64,000 bases of DNA from an uncultured Planctomycetota bacterium (GCA_963752285.1 CAVVXN010000005.1:1120001-1184000), one strand, 5' to 3'. Positions 50,327 through 60,898 are shown, numbered from the stretch's first letter. The notes: generated from the letters alone by a model not told the origin. A program made the numbers and translations.

Positions 50327-50965
50327 TCACCCTTCCCTGGGATCGGTCCGGACGAGGATACGGCGGACGTGGTGCTCCACCCACCGTCCGAGCACGTCGG
50401 GCTCGACGTTCACGCGGTCCCCCGGAGCCAGACCGCCGAACCCCGTCACCCCGAGCGTGTGCGGGACCAGGTAGACCGAGAAGCGCCCCCCCCCGCCCCG
50501 GGGGGCGGCCGAGACCTCGCCGAGCGTCAGGCTCACCCCGTCCACCGCGACGCTGCCCTTCGGGATCAGGCCGCCGAAGAGGTCGGGGCCGACCTCGACC
50601 TCCAGCCGAACGTCCTCTCCGACCGTGGTCCGCGCGGCGACGACGCCCGTCCCCTCGACGTGCCCCTGGACGACGTGCCCCCCCATCTCGTCCCCGACGC
50701 GTAGCGAGCGCTCCAGGTTCGTGCGGTCGCCCGGACGTCGCAGCCCGATCGTGGAGCGACGGAGCGTCTCGGGGACGACGTCGAAGCCGAGCGTTCCGCC
50801 GTCGATCGACGCCACGGTGAGGCACACGCCGTCCACGGCGATCGAGTCGCCGAGGCGCACCGCGTCCAGGGGCGGCGCGGGGCTCAGGCGGAGCCGCCGG
50901 CCGCCGCCCGCGAGGTCCTCGGCGGCCTCGACGAGGCCCCGGTGCGTCACGATGCCGGTGAACAT
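50327..50965 (-). CDS. ribE: riboflavin synthase
   Basis: [40 protein letters not shown]. Confidence 0.95.
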   Translation of the reverse strand: MFTGIVTHRGLVEAAEDLAGGGRRLRLSPAPPLDAVRLGDSIAVDGVCLTVASIDGGTLGFDVVPETLRRSTIGLRRPGDRTNLERSLRVGDEMGGHVVQGHVEGTGVVAARTTVGEDVRLEVEVGPDLFGGLIPKGSVAVDGVSLTLGEVSAAPRGGGGRFSVYLVPHTLGVTGFGGLAPGDRVNVEPDVLGRWVEHHVRRILVRTDPREG

Positions 50966-51660
50966 CGGCTCCCTCCCTCCCCGGCGAACAGGTCGGGCCG
51001 CCGCGCGCGCGTGCGCCGCTCGGCCTCGCCCCGTCGCCACGCGGCGATCTTCGCGTGGTCTCCCGAGAGCAGCACGTCCGGGACCTCGAGGCCGCGCCAG
51101 GTCTTCGGACGCGTGTACTGCGGGTGGTCGAGGAGGCCGTCCGCGAACGAGTCCTCGCGCGCGCTCGCGTCGTCGCCCAGCACGCCGGGCACGAGACGCA
51201 GCGTCGCGTCGAGCACCACCATCGCGGCGGCCTCCCCCCCGCCGAGGACGTAGTCGCCGATCGAGACCTCCTCCGGACGGAGCGCCTCGAACAAGCGCTC
51301 GTCGATGCCCTCGTAGCGCCCGCAGACGAGCACGAAGCCCGCCTCGTGGCGTGCGAGCTCGTGGGCGAGGTCCTGCGTGAAGGGACGCCCCTGGGGCGAG
51401 AGGACGAGGGTCCGGACCCCGGGCGCGTGCCCCGCGCGGGCGGCCTCCGTGGCGCGGGCCACGGGCTCCGCCATCAGGACCATGCCGGGGCCGCCCCCGA
51501 ACGGGCGGTCGTCCACCTGCCGGTGGGGCCCCGCCCCGAAGGTCCTCAGGTCCAAGAGGTCGATCCGCACGAGACCCGAGCGGACCGCGCGGCCCGTGAT
51601 CGAGGTGTCCCGGAAGGCGGCCAGGAGCCCCGGGAAGAGCGTCACGACCGTGGCGTGCAT
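50947..51660 (-). CDS. trmD: tRNA (guanine-N1)-methyltransferase
   Basis: [49 protein letters not shown]. Confidence 0.97.
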   Translation of the reverse strand: MHATVVTLFPGLLAAFRDTSITGRAVRSGLVRIDLLDLRTFGAGPHRQVDDRPFGGGPGMVLMAEPVARATEAARAGHAPGVRTLVLSPQGRPFTQDLAHELARHEAGFVLVCGRYEGIDERLFEALRPEEVSIGDYVLGGGEAAAMVVLDATLRLVPGVLGDDASAREDSFADGLLDHPQYTRPKTWRGLEVPDVLLSGDHAKIAAWRRGEAERRTRARRPDLFAGEGGSRCSPAS

Positions 51661-51801
51661 CGCCTGATCCTACGGCCGCGGTCGCGTGGGCTCCCCCCCT
51701 GTCAGGTCGGGGAATTGCATGGAGCCGCCTCGGACTCGGGTACCTTGTCCTGCTTCCCCGTGACCCCGGCGCCGATTCGCGCGATGTACCCGGAGGCCGT
51801 C

Positions 51802-52269
51802 ATGGACCGCATCCGTCTGGCCGAGACCCCGTATCTCCGCTCGGACCTCCCGGAGCTCGAGGTCGGGGACACCGTGGACGTGGCGGTGAAGATCACCGAG
51901 GGCGACCGCGAGCGCGTGCAGACCTTCACCGGGACCGTCATCCGGATCCGCGGCGCCGGCCTCGGCCGCACGTTCACCGTCCGGCGCATCGTCCAGGGCG
52001 AGGGCGTCGAGCGCGTGTTCCCCGTGCACAGCCCCGTGATCGAGTCGATCCACGTCGTGCGCAAGGGCCGCGTGCGTCGCGCGAAACTCTACTACCTCCG
52101 CGACCGCGTCGGCAAGGCGACGCGCCTGAAGGAGGTGATCGGCGGGCGGAAGCAGAAGCGCCGCCGCGCGCGCATCGAGGTCGCCGGCGAGGACGAGACC
52201 GCTTCCGGCTCCGGCGCGAACGACACCCTCCCGGCGAACGAGCCCGTCGAGCACGCCGCGAAGGAGTAG
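51802..52269 (+). CDS. rplS: 50S ribosomal protein L19
   Basis: [47 protein letters not shown]. Confidence 0.97.
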   Translation: MDRIRLAETPYLRSDLPELEVGDTVDVAVKITEGDRERVQTFTGTVIRIRGAGLGRTFTVRRIVQGEGVERVFPVHSPVIESIHVVRKGRVRRAKLYYLRDRVGKATRLKEVIGGRKQKRRRARIEVAGEDETASGSGANDTLPANEPVEHAAKE

Positions 52270-52358
52270 GCGAGGGCCCCGGGGCGACCCGGAGCCCGGG
52301 TCCTTCCTCCCGCGCCGGCGCGCCCGAAGGGGCGGCGCCCGGACGGGGGGAGGACACG

Positions 52359-52745
52359 ATGGAACCCGCCCGGCGCCAGGGGCTGCTCGCGAGGCGCCTG
52401 GGCCGGCGGGGCGAGCGGGCGGCGGCCCGGGCGCTCGCGCGCCTCGGCCTCCGCATCCTGGCGAGGAACGTCGTGACCCCCGAGGGCGAGGTGGACCTCC
52501 TGGCGCTGGAAGGACGCACCCTGGTCCTGGTGGAGGTGAAGACGACCCGCTGCGGCGCCGCGCTCGCGCGGCGCGTGGGCGCGGTCCAGAAGCGTCGGGT
52601 CCGGGCCGCCGGACGCTGGCTCGCCGCGAAGCGGGGCTTCGGACGGCGCCCCTGGCGCGCCGACCTGGTGGAGGTGAGGTTCGACGGATTCCGTCCTGTC
52701 GTTACGATCCGCCGCGGACGGATCGCGAGCTCGCGGTCGGTCTGA
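52359..52745 (+). CDS. YraN (UPF0102) family protein
   Basis: LGRRGE..A, ILARN..GEVDL, LVEVKT, RADLV; GGAGG RBS. Confidence 0.88.
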   Translation: MEPARRQGLLARRLGRRGERAAARALARLGLRILARNVVTPEGEVDLLALEGRTLVLVEVKTTRCGAALARRVGAVQKRRVRAAGRWLAAKRGFGRRPWRADLVEVRFDGFRPVVTIRRGRIASSRSV

Positions 52746-52773
52746 TCCGGGAAGGAGAGCCTGAGGCAGTCCC

Positions 52774-53259
52774 ATGGAGCGTCCGACGATCGACTTGAGG
52801 GACCACCTCGGTCCGGACCACGTGATCGACCTCCAGGCCCGGACGAAGGAGGAGGCGCTCATCGAGATGGTGGACACCGTCTCGGACTCCGAGGCGGTCG
52901 TCGACAAGCAGGCCCTGCTCGAGGCGGTGAAGGCGCGCGAGAAGATCCTCTCCACGGGGATCGGCCTCGGCATCGCGATCCCGCACGCGCGCATCGACGC
53001 CGTGAAGCACTTCGTCGTCGCGGTCGGACGTCACCCCTCCGGCATCGACTTCGAGTCGATCGACCAGAAGCCGGTGCAGATCGTCGTGTTGATCGCGGGC
53101 CCGAAGGACACGCAGAAGCCCTACCTCGAGCTCCTCGCCCAGCTCAGCAAACGACTGAAGCTCGCCGACGTGCGCGCGCGCATCGTGGGTGGCGCCCCCG
53201 CCGAGACCGTCGTGGACCTGCTCACCGGGGACGTGGGCGGACGAGCGGCACGGCACTGA
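52774..53259 (+). CDS. PTS IIA (EIIA-Ntr/fructose type) domain protein
   Basis: REKILSTGIGLGIAIPHAR, GIDFESID.KPV. Confidence 0.9.
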   Translation: MERPTIDLRDHLGPDHVIDLQARTKEEALIEMVDTVSDSEAVVDKQALLEAVKAREKILSTGIGLGIAIPHARIDAVKHFVVAVGRHPSGIDFESIDQKPVQIVVLIAGPKDTQKPYLELLAQLSKRLKLADVRARIVGGAPAETVVDLLTGDVGGRAARH

Positions 53260-56200
53260 CGCCTTCGTCGGTCGGCAGGAGCAGCCGATCGCCCACGAAC
53301 GCGGGCGGAGAGCGGCGGGGCTGGATCACGCCGCCGGGCCGCAGGGGGTCCCTCCACGTCTCGATCGAGCCGTCGGCGCCGATCCACGCCGTCTCCCGCG
53401 ACGCGCCGTCGCCACCCGTCGTGCCGACGATCACCACGCCACCCTGCCGCGTGCGGGACGCCGTGAGGAACGGCCACGGGCCGAGCGCGCGGAACAGGTA
53501 CGGCGCCGGCACCGGGACGGCGCGCAGCGCCATGCCGCGCGCGTCCACGCGGACCTCGAGGATCGCGACCGAGAGCTCCTGCCCGCGTCCGCCGCCGACG
53601 GCGATCGCCGCGTGACCCGCGACGAAGAGCCGCGCGTCGTCCGTGAGGAAGGGGCCCGCGTGCACCGGGTCCTCGCTCGGGGGCGTCGGGACCATCCACG
53701 TGCGCTCCGCCATCGGCGCGCCGGTGCGCGGGTCGGGGGCGACGACCTCGAGCCGGCGGTCGGCGAGGCCCAGCACCACGAACGAGCCCGCCGCGATCAG
53801 GGGATCGGCCACCCCGCCCGCGAGCGCCTTCTCCCAGACGCCCTCGCCCGTGCTCGTGTCGATCACGAGGAGCCGGTCGCCCGACGGCGCGATCGCGAAG
53901 AGCCGACCGGCGACCTCCGCCGAGACCGGCGCGTCGAGGATGGTGCGCTGGCGGTCGTCCGTCCTCCGCTCCAGCACGTCCACGCGGAAGCGCTCGCGAC
54001 CGTCGAACGCGTCCACCAGGAGCACGCGCGCCGGCGACTCGACGGAGGCGACGACGGCCGACCCGCTCGCCGCGAGCCGCGTGAGGGTCCCCGGCAGGGC
54101 GCGGCGCCAGCGCTCCCGGCCCGACTCGGGGTCCACCGCGACGAGGAGGTCGCCCGTCCCGCGCCCGCGCACCGTCACGACGGCGAGGCCGAAGAGCACC
54201 CGCACGCCGTCCACGACGCCGGCCTCGTCCCACGACCAGAGCCGCGTCGCCTCGCCGCGGCCCACGTCGAGGAGGAGGAGCCCGTCGCGCGTGGGGACGA
54301 GCGCGCGCCCGTCGGCGCGCATCCACACATCGTCGCGATCGACGACGTTCGACTGCCCCAGCGGCCGACGTCCCGGCGTGAAGCGCCCGACGCGCCGGCG
54401 GCCCGCGCGGTACGAGACGACCTCGACGCTCTCGCCCGGCCGGGCACGCGCGGCGTCGGCCATGAAGTCGGCGGTCGCGCCGATACGCCGTCCGTCCCAC
54501 GAGACGATCCAGTCACCCGCCCGGAACCCCTCCACGTCGGCGGGCTCGCGCGCGACGACGGACGTCACGATCACGCCCCCCTCGGGCAGCCACGGCGCGA
54601 CGGCGTGGAGCGCGCCGCCGAACCAGCCCGCCCCCCCGCCGGGGACCTCGGCCGTCCGCACGCCCCGCCGGAGGTCCCACACCTCGGCGTCGAGGCCGCG
54701 GAACACCACGAGACGGTCCGTGACGCGGTCGCGCCCGGGACCGACGGGCTGGGGCACGACGAGGGCCGCGAGGTCGCCCGCGCCTTCCGGGGGCCCCACC
54801 GACGACCAGAGGTCGAGCAGGGGGTGCGCCCGCGCGCCCGCGGCCACGTCCGCGTCCTCGAGGACGGCCCGCGTGTCCGGGTCGTCCGGCGACCAGGCGG
54901 CGAGGTCGCCCGCGAGGCGCGCCGCGCGGCGTTCCTCTCCGGCGCCGAGGAGGAGCCGCGCCTCCTGGCGCTCCAGCGCGGCGAGCTCGACGAGCGACGC
55001 CGTGCGCGCGGCGCCGAGCCGGAGGTCTGCGAGCGCCGCGGCCGCGAGGCCCTCGTCGTGCGTCGCCAGGAGGCGCGCGACCAGCCGACGACGACCCGCG
55101 GACGCGGCGGGGGTGCCCACCGCGCTCCGGACCGCCTCGACGAGGGCGGGGAGCGGCCCCTCCGCCGCCGACGCGACGCGGCGCTCCGCCTCCGCGCCGA
55201 GTCGCTCCATCTCGGCGCGGGCCTCCGGCCGCGTCGCGAGCCACCGGAGTCGGGACGCCGCGTAGAGGTCGGCGCGGAGCGACGAGCCGGAGCCCACCTC
55301 GACGCGCTGGTCCGCGCCCGTCACCACCCAGCGCCCGAGTCGGCGCGCGAGCGGGCCCGCGAGGCGCGGCTCGTCCGCGAGGGACGTCGCGAGACGCTCG
55401 ACGAGGGCGGCGATCCGCGTGGCGGCGCCCGGCGCCGGGAGGGCGAGGAGGAGGTCCAGGCGCGCGAGCGCCTCGTCCGTGCGCGATACCGGCCTCGCGT
55501 CGAGGAGGTCGAGGTCGAGCGGGAGGTCCGGGTCGTCGGGCACGCCGCCGTCCGTCGCGCGGGGGCACGACGACTCGCGGACGACCGCGGCGGACAGCGC
55601 CTCGAGCACGTCGTGCTCGTCGCCCCCGACGCGCGCGAGGAGCGCGGCCGCCGCCGCCCGCGCCGCGGGGTCGAGCGCGCGTGCGTCGTCGAGACGCGCG
55701 CGCGCCCACGCGACCGCGTCGGAACGCGCGCCGAGCACCGCGACGCGATCCGCTCCGACGACGACGTGGAGGCGGCCCGCGCGGAGGACGTCGCCGTCCT
55801 CCGGGAGGTCGGGCGCGCCGGGGCCGAGCGAGACACGGAGCACGGGTCCCGACCAGGGCAGACGGACGAGTCCTCCCTCGCTCCGCACGAGCGCCGCGCC
55901 GTCGTCGAGGGGGCGTCCCGTCGCGCGGGTCTCCGCGTCCGACGCGGGGAGTGCGCGGTCGTCGAGCGTCGCGGTCGCGACGCCGGGCACGAGTCGCGTG
56001 GGACGGTCGCCGACGAGATCGAGGACGACCTCCCCGGAGGGCGTCACGAACGGCCCGAGGAGGTGTCGCCACGGCGGCGTGCCCGGCGCGTCGTCGCGGG
56101 GCAACGTCGTCTCGACCGCCCCCGTCCACGCCTGGATCGCCACCAGGCGCGGCGCGTCCATCGGCGCGAGCCACCACGCGCCCGCGGCGAAGAGGGGTTC

Positions 56201-57790
56201 GTTCCTCGCGGAGAACCCGGCCTCTGCGGCCGGCAACGAGCCCGGGTAACGCGGCAGCGCGCGGACCCAGCGAACCTCACCCGTCTCCGCGACCACGCCC
56301 GCCGCGAAGCCCGCGTGCGGGAGCGCGAGCACCTCGCCCTCCGCCTCCGCCGGGCGGGCGCCCCAGGGCACGGCGTCCACGTACGCGCGCTCGAACCGCT
56401 CGTCGCCCTCGGCGACGCGGGGCTGGCGTCCGCTCTCGCCGGAGGCGAGCGGCGCCACGAACCGGGCCCGGCCCGTCTCGAGGTCGAGACACGCGAGCGC
56501 GATCTCGGCCGCGCCGCGGCGCCGCGCGACGAGCACGTACACGCGGTCCCCGCGTACGAGCGGAGGCGACGCGACGCCCGTGTCGGGGTCGGCGAGGAAC
56601 GAGTCCGACGCGTCCGCGCGCCCCGTCGCCCAGACGAGCGCGCCCGTCGCCGCCTCGAGCGCGACGAGCCGGACGCGGCTCTCGCGAGGCAGGTCGTCGA
56701 GGCTCGCCAACCGTCCGTCGAGCCGGAAGGCCCCCTCCCCGCCCGGGGCGCCCAGGACGGCCAGCGCGAGGTGCCCGGCGACTCGGACGTCGTAGCAGGG
56801 ACGGTCGTACGGGGCGTACCGCTCGTCGCCGTCCGGACCCTGCGCCTCGGGCTCGGTCGGGAACCGCCACAGGAGCCGTCCGGTCTCGGCCTCGTACGCC
56901 GCGACCGAACGACCGTCGTCCACCAGGAGGCGCCCGTCGTCCGCCGCGGCGCCCGCGCGGACGACCGCGCCCGTCTCACGACGGTCGTCGGACGGGGCCG
57001 CGGGCGCGTCGCCGAGGCGGCGGGACCAGAGCACGACCGCGTCTTCGGCCCGGGCGGCGCCGGCCGCGTGCGGCGCACGTTCCGGCGCGTCGTCGCCTTC
57101 GCCGGGCCCGGCGCGCCCGCCCGGCGGCGCGGACGCCGTCGCGACGCGCGGCTGGAGCAACGCGTCCCGCGCCACGGCGAGCCCGCGCCGCACCGCGGCC
57201 CGCCGCGCCTGCCGCTCGGGCGACACGTCGGCGGGCCCTTCGGGATGGAGCGCGAGCCATCGCTCGTACGCGGCCCGAGCGCGGGCCGGCCGCCCGCGCT
57301 CGAGGTCGCGCGCCGCGCGCGCGAGGAGCGCCGCCGACCCGTCGGGCGCCAGGGCGAACCGCGCGCAGAGTCGGTCGAGGGCCGCCTCGTCGCCTCGGAG
57401 GGCCTGGCGGACGAGGAACGCCGCCGCCGGCGCGAGGCGCTGGACGGCCCGCGCCACGAGCTCGGGGGGAAGCGCGGCGACGCGACGTTCGGCGACGAGC
57501 GCGGCGGGGACGTGCGCCCCGGGCTCCTCCCCCCGGACCAGCGGCGACGGCACGCGCTCGATCTCGCCGACGAGGAGGTCGAGCGCCTCGTCGCGTTGGC
57601 CCGCGTCGAGGAGGGCGCGCGCGTGCCCGAGACGCGCCTCGGCGTCCTCGCCCCCGCCCGGCCGGACCTCCGCCAGCGGCAGCCTCGGCGTCGGAGACGG
57701 GTCGTCCGCCCGGCACGACGAGCGTCCCGAGGCGGCGAGCGCGAGCAGCAGGAGCACGCTCGAGGCGGCCAGGCGACGCGCGACGGACAT
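53222..57790 (-). CDS. large exported PQQ-like beta-propeller protein with TPR-like helices and a PDZ domain
   Basis: Repeated (A/L).TG...W blades (ETGRLLW, ATGALVW, ESGRERW); VTSVV..EPADVEGFRAGDWIVSWDG PDZ; signal peptide. Confidence 0.75.
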   Translation of the reverse strand: MSVARRLAASSVLLLLALAASGRSSCRADDPSPTPRLPLAEVRPGGGEDAEARLGHARALLDAGQRDEALDLLVGEIERVPSPLVRGEEPGAHVPAALVAERRVAALPPELVARAVQRLAPAAAFLVRQALRGDEAALDRLCARFALAPDGSAALLARAARDLERGRPARARAAYERWLALHPEGPADVSPERQARRAAVRRGLAVARDALLQPRVATASAPPGGRAGPGEGDDAPERAPHAAGAARAEDAVVLWSRRLGDAPAAPSDDRRETGAVVRAGAAADDGRLLVDDGRSVAAYEAETGRLLWRFPTEPEAQGPDGDERYAPYDRPCYDVRVAGHLALAVLGAPGGEGAFRLDGRLASLDDLPRESRVRLVALEAATGALVWATGRADASDSFLADPDTGVASPPLVRGDRVYVLVARRRGAAEIALACLDLETGRARFVAPLASGESGRQPRVAEGDERFERAYVDAVPWGARPAEAEGEVLALPHAGFAAGVVAETGEVRWVRALPRYPGSLPAAEAGFSARNEPLFAAGAWWLAPMDAPRLVAIQAWTGAVETTLPRDDAPGTPPWRHLLGPFVTPSGEVVLDLVGDRPTRLVPGVATATLDDRALPASDAETRATGRPLDDGAALVRSEGGLVRLPWSGPVLRVSLGPGAPDLPEDGDVLRAGRLHVVVGADRVAVLGARSDAVAWARARLDDARALDPAARAAAAALLARVGGDEHDVLEALSAAVVRESSCPRATDGGVPDDPDLPLDLDLLDARPVSRTDEALARLDLLLALPAPGAATRIAALVERLATSLADEPRLAGPLARRLGRWVVTGADQRVEVGSGSSLRADLYAASRLRWLATRPEARAEMERLGAEAERRVASAAEGPLPALVEAVRSAVGTPAASAGRRRLVARLLATHDEGLAAAALADLRLGAARTASLVELAALERQEARLLLGAGEERRAARLAGDLAAWSPDDPDTRAVLEDADVAAGARAHPLLDLWSSVGPPEGAGDLAALVVPQPVGPGRDRVTDRLVVFRGLDAEVWDLRRGVRTAEVPGGGAGWFGGALHAVAPWLPEGGVIVTSVVAREPADVEGFRAGDWIVSWDGRRIGATADFMADAARARPGESVEVVSYRAGRRRVGRFTPGRRPLGQSNVVDRDDVWMRADGRALVPTRDGLLLLDVGRGEATRLWSWDEAGVVDGVRVLFGLAVVTVRGRGTGDLLVAVDPESGRERWRRALPGTLTRLAASGSAVVASVESPARVLLVDAFDGRERFRVDVLERRTDDRQRTILDAPVSAEVAGRLFAIAPSGDRLLVIDTSTGEGVWEKALAGGVADPLIAAGSFVVLGLADRRLEVVAPDPRTGAPMAERTWMVPTPPSEDPVHAGPFLTDDARLFVAGHAAIAVGGGRGQELSVAILEVRVDARGMALRAVPVPAPYLFRALGPWPFLTASRTRQGGVVIVGTTGGDGASRETAWIGADGSIETWRDPLRPGGVIQPRRSPPAFVGDRLLLPTDEGVSAVPLVRPRPR

Positions 57791-57866
57791 CGCGCGTGAG
57801 CGTAGCACCCACACCTCCCCCCCGGCCCGGAGGGGATCTCGACCGCGGCCGAGCCGCCCGAGCCGC

Positions 57867-60212
57867 TCAGGGCCGATCCGGGAGGCCGAGGGCCGCGCGC
57901 GCCGCCCGCCGGACCTCTTCGGGCCGGAGGCGGTCGAGCTGGGGCAGGACGCGGTACTGGCGGTCGATCTCCGGGTAGCGGTCGGGACGGAGCCACACCT
58001 CCGAGACGATTCCCGCCACGCCGAGGCGGTAGCCGCCCGCGTGGACCTCCGGGTCCCGCGTCCGGACCGGGAGCTCCGCGAGCATCTCGGCGAGGGCGAG
58101 GTCGGGGTCGGGCGACTCCGCGACGGCGGCGAGCTGCGCGCGTCGCTCGAGCTCCATCTCCACCTGCTTCGGGTCGAAGCCCTCGCGCGCGAGGAGGGCC
58201 AGCGTCGCGGGGAGGCGCGGCAGAATCGGCAGGTGGCGCCGGATCTCGACCACGTGGCCGAGCTCGTGCGCGGTCAGCGTCCCAAGCGACCCCCACCGCT
58301 CCGTGGGGCGCCTCGCGACGTACCGCGCGAGCACCCGTTCGGCGACCCCCTGCGGCGAGGAGAGGCCGAGCAGGCCGCCGGGCCCGTCGGGCGGGAGCCT
58401 CGTCTCGGCGTGCTCGACACGCCGGGTCCGCGACGGGTCGAGCGTCAGCGCGCGCCGGAGGTCGTGCTCGGCCTCCCGCGCCGCGTCCACGTCGATCCAC
58501 ACGCCGTCGGGCAGCGACGCGCCGGCGAGCCCGTCGCCCTTCGCGTCCTGCCACGAGGCGAGGCGCCGGTCGTAGCCGAACGCCACGTCCTGACGGTACG
58601 TCCCGCCTCGGGTGTGGACCTCGGCCGCGGGCGTCAGGGCCGCGACCGAGAGGAGGATCGCCTCCGGCGGGTCGTCGCCGCGCTGTCCGAGCACGAGGAA
58701 CCGCCCGTACCGCCGGAAGTGGCGCACGATCGGCGACGCGCTCCGCGCGCCGTGGTCGAGCCAGGACCCGAGGAGCGGGATGCGTCTGAGCCCGACGTAC
58801 GGCGGTTCGAACGCGCGCGCCTCGTCCGGCGGGAGGTGCGCCTCGGCGAGCGTCGTCATGACGTGCAGCAGCTGTTCGAGCGCGGGCGCCCGTTCCTTCC
58901 GGTGTCCCTTCACGAAGCCCTTCTCGATCGCCGCCTCCAGCGCATCCTCGAACGCGAGGTGCGCGCCGAGGTGCGCGTCGAGGGACCGCGCCGTTGGCGA
59001 CGCCACGCCGAGGAGCACCGACCGGGCCTCGGGGAGCGCGCCGACGGCGACGAGGGAGCGCGCGAGGGCGATCCGCGCCGCGTCCGGCGCGCGCCGGTCG
59101 GGCGCGGACCGGACCGACGACTCGACCTCGTGCCACGCGTCCCGCACGAGGCTCCCCGGGGCCGTGCGGACCCACGGGGGGACGGCGTCCACCAGCAGGC
59201 GGACCGCGCCCGCGAAGTCGCCGCGCGCCGCGCGCCAACGCCGGAGGTCGCGCGAGAGGGCCACGGGCGACGCGCCCCGCGCGAGCGCGTCCTCGGCCTC
59301 TTGCGAGGCCGTGGCGAGGTCGCCCCGCCGCGCGGCGAGGAGGGCGCGGAGCGCCTCGTGCTCGGGCGTCGCCGGCCCGACGCCCGCGAGCGCGCGCTCG
59401 AGCCGCGCGGCGAGCGCCGGGTCGGGGAAGCGCCGGAGCAGCCGGGCCGCCGCGAGGGGCAGCCCCTCGTTCGTGGGCGCGAGGCGCATCGCGGCGGCCC
59501 ACGCGTCCACGGCGCGCTCGATCTCGTCCGCGCGGCGCGCCACCTCCGCCTCGAGCACGAGCGGCCGGACGTCGGTCCCCTCGATCGCGTGCGCGGCGGC
59601 CGCCTCGCGACGCGCGGCGTCGAGGTCGCCCTCCGCGGCGAAGACGCGCGCGCGTACGAGCCGCGCCTCGACGTCCACGTACGCCCAGCCCCGACCGAGG
59701 GCCTCCGTCGCGCGCCGGGCCGCCCCGTCGTCGTCGCCGAGCTCCGCCGACAGCCACGCCGCCGCGAGGCGCGTCCAGGGGTCCGGCGGGTCGCCGAACG
59801 TCGCCTCGAGGTCTCGAAGCGCGCGCTCGGGCTCCTCCGAGAGGCTCGCGAGGAGCGCGGTGCGAAAGCGCCCCGGCGGGAGGGTCGCGGCGTAGCGCCG
59901 CGCCTCCACGTCGAGACCCACGGACGCGTACACGTAAGCCTCGAGCCAGGCCGCCTCGGAGGGCGCGGGCCCCGCGGGCGGCGGCGCCCCCCCGAGGAGG
60001 GCGAGGGCGCCCTCGAGGTCGTGGGCCCGGAGGCGTTGGCGGGCGAGGACGACGGCGGCGGGGACCGCGCGGCGCGGGCGTCCCCCGGGCCCGCCCGCGG
60101 CCTCGGTGGGGCCGCGCGCCGCCACGGGGACGGAGGTCCGACACGACGGCGCCGCCAGCGCGAGAAGGGCCGTGGCGAGGAGGGCCGACACGGCGGGTGA
60201 GCGCGACCACAT
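57867..60212 (-). CDS. TPR-rich lipoprotein with C-terminal HExxH motif
   Basis: LLALAAPSC lipobox-like segment; TPR-like helices; AHELGHV followed by a downstream E (MELERRAQ). Confidence 0.65.
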   Translation of the reverse strand: MWSRSPAVSALLATALLALAAPSCRTSVPVAARGPTEAAGGPGGRPRRAVPAAVVLARQRLRAHDLEGALALLGGAPPPAGPAPSEAAWLEAYVYASVGLDVEARRYAATLPPGRFRTALLASLSEEPERALRDLEATFGDPPDPWTRLAAAWLSAELGDDDGAARRATEALGRGWAYVDVEARLVRARVFAAEGDLDAARREAAAAHAIEGTDVRPLVLEAEVARRADEIERAVDAWAAAMRLAPTNEGLPLAAARLLRRFPDPALAARLERALAGVGPATPEHEALRALLAARRGDLATASQEAEDALARGASPVALSRDLRRWRAARGDFAGAVRLLVDAVPPWVRTAPGSLVRDAWHEVESSVRSAPDRRAPDAARIALARSLVAVGALPEARSVLLGVASPTARSLDAHLGAHLAFEDALEAAIEKGFVKGHRKERAPALEQLLHVMTTLAEAHLPPDEARAFEPPYVGLRRIPLLGSWLDHGARSASPIVRHFRRYGRFLVLGQRGDDPPEAILLSVAALTPAAEVHTRGGTYRQDVAFGYDRRLASWQDAKGDGLAGASLPDGVWIDVDAAREAEHDLRRALTLDPSRTRRVEHAETRLPPDGPGGLLGLSSPQGVAERVLARYVARRPTERWGSLGTLTAHELGHVVEIRRHLPILPRLPATLALLAREGFDPKQVEMELERRAQLAAVAESPDPDLALAEMLAELPVRTRDPEVHAGGYRLGVAGIVSEVWLRPDRYPEIDRQYRVLPQLDRLRPEEVRRAARAALGLPDRP

Positions 60213-60294
60213 CGGTCGCGAAAGGTATCCGCCGCCCGCGGCGGTCCGGGCCGGGTCCTTCGCCCTACTTCCGTCGCAACGCAGTGGACGGCCC

Positions 60295-60342
60295 TTGCGT
60301 TTGTCGCTCGTAAGGTTAGCATGTATTTCATCGTGACAAACG
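60295..60342 (+). promoter_or_regulatory. AT-rich promoter-like site with inverted repeat
   Basis: TTGCGT-N16-TAGCAT; CGTTTGTCGC / GTGACAAACG inverted repeat flanking the -10. Confidence 0.45.
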
Positions 60343-60528
60343 ACGACGACGTTGCGAGAGACCCCGCGGACGCCGGGCGAATGCCGCCCGCCGCGTCCGT
60401 GCCGACCCGGCGGGTGCGCACCGGGCTGCAGCGGCGGCCGCGCCGTCGTCATCGACCCTTCGCGGCGGCGTTCGGACCCGGCTCGCGACCCTTCTCGCCG
60501 CCCGGCGCCGCCGCGTCTCTCCCCGCGC

Positions 60529-60822
60529 CCATGACCGCGCCCATGACCGCGCCCATGAGTGCACCCATGTCTGCGCCCGCAGCCGCGCCCCGGACCGCGC
60601 CTCGTCCCGCCGGCGCCTCCCACACGCCCGTCCACCACGACCGGAGGACATCCTCGTGTCTGCTCTCGTCCGCCGCCTGGCTCCCGACTCACCACGCTGC
60701 CCGCTCCGCCCACTCGGCCCACACCGCCCACTCGGCCCACTCGGCCCACTCTGGCGCCTCTCCCCTCGGTCCAGCCTCTCCCCCTGGTCCCGCCTCTCCC
60801 CCTCGTCCCGCCTCTCCCGCCT
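60529..60822 (+). repeat. cluster of short tandem repeats (12-bp CCATGACCGCGC, 9-bp CCACTCGGC, 18-bp CGCCTCTCCCCTCGGTCC)
   Basis: Directly visible: about 4 x 12 bp at 60529-60578, about 5 x 9 bp at 60705-60752, about 3-4 x 18 bp at 60755-60822. Confidence 0.8.
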
Positions 60823-60898
60823 CGGTCGCGTCGCCGCCGGCGAGATGGGCTTCGTGGGGATCGTGGTGCTCGCGCTCCTGGTCGCCCTGCTCGCCTGA
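60656..60898 (+). CDS. possible small protein with C-terminal TM helix
   Basis: GGAGG RBS before GTG; ends GFVGIVVLALLVALLA*; the body is repeat-derived. Confidence 0.35.
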   Translation: MSALVRRLAPDSPRCPLRPLGPHRPLGPLGPLWRLSPRSSLSPWSRLSPSSRLSRLGRVAAGEMGFVGIVVLALLVALLA

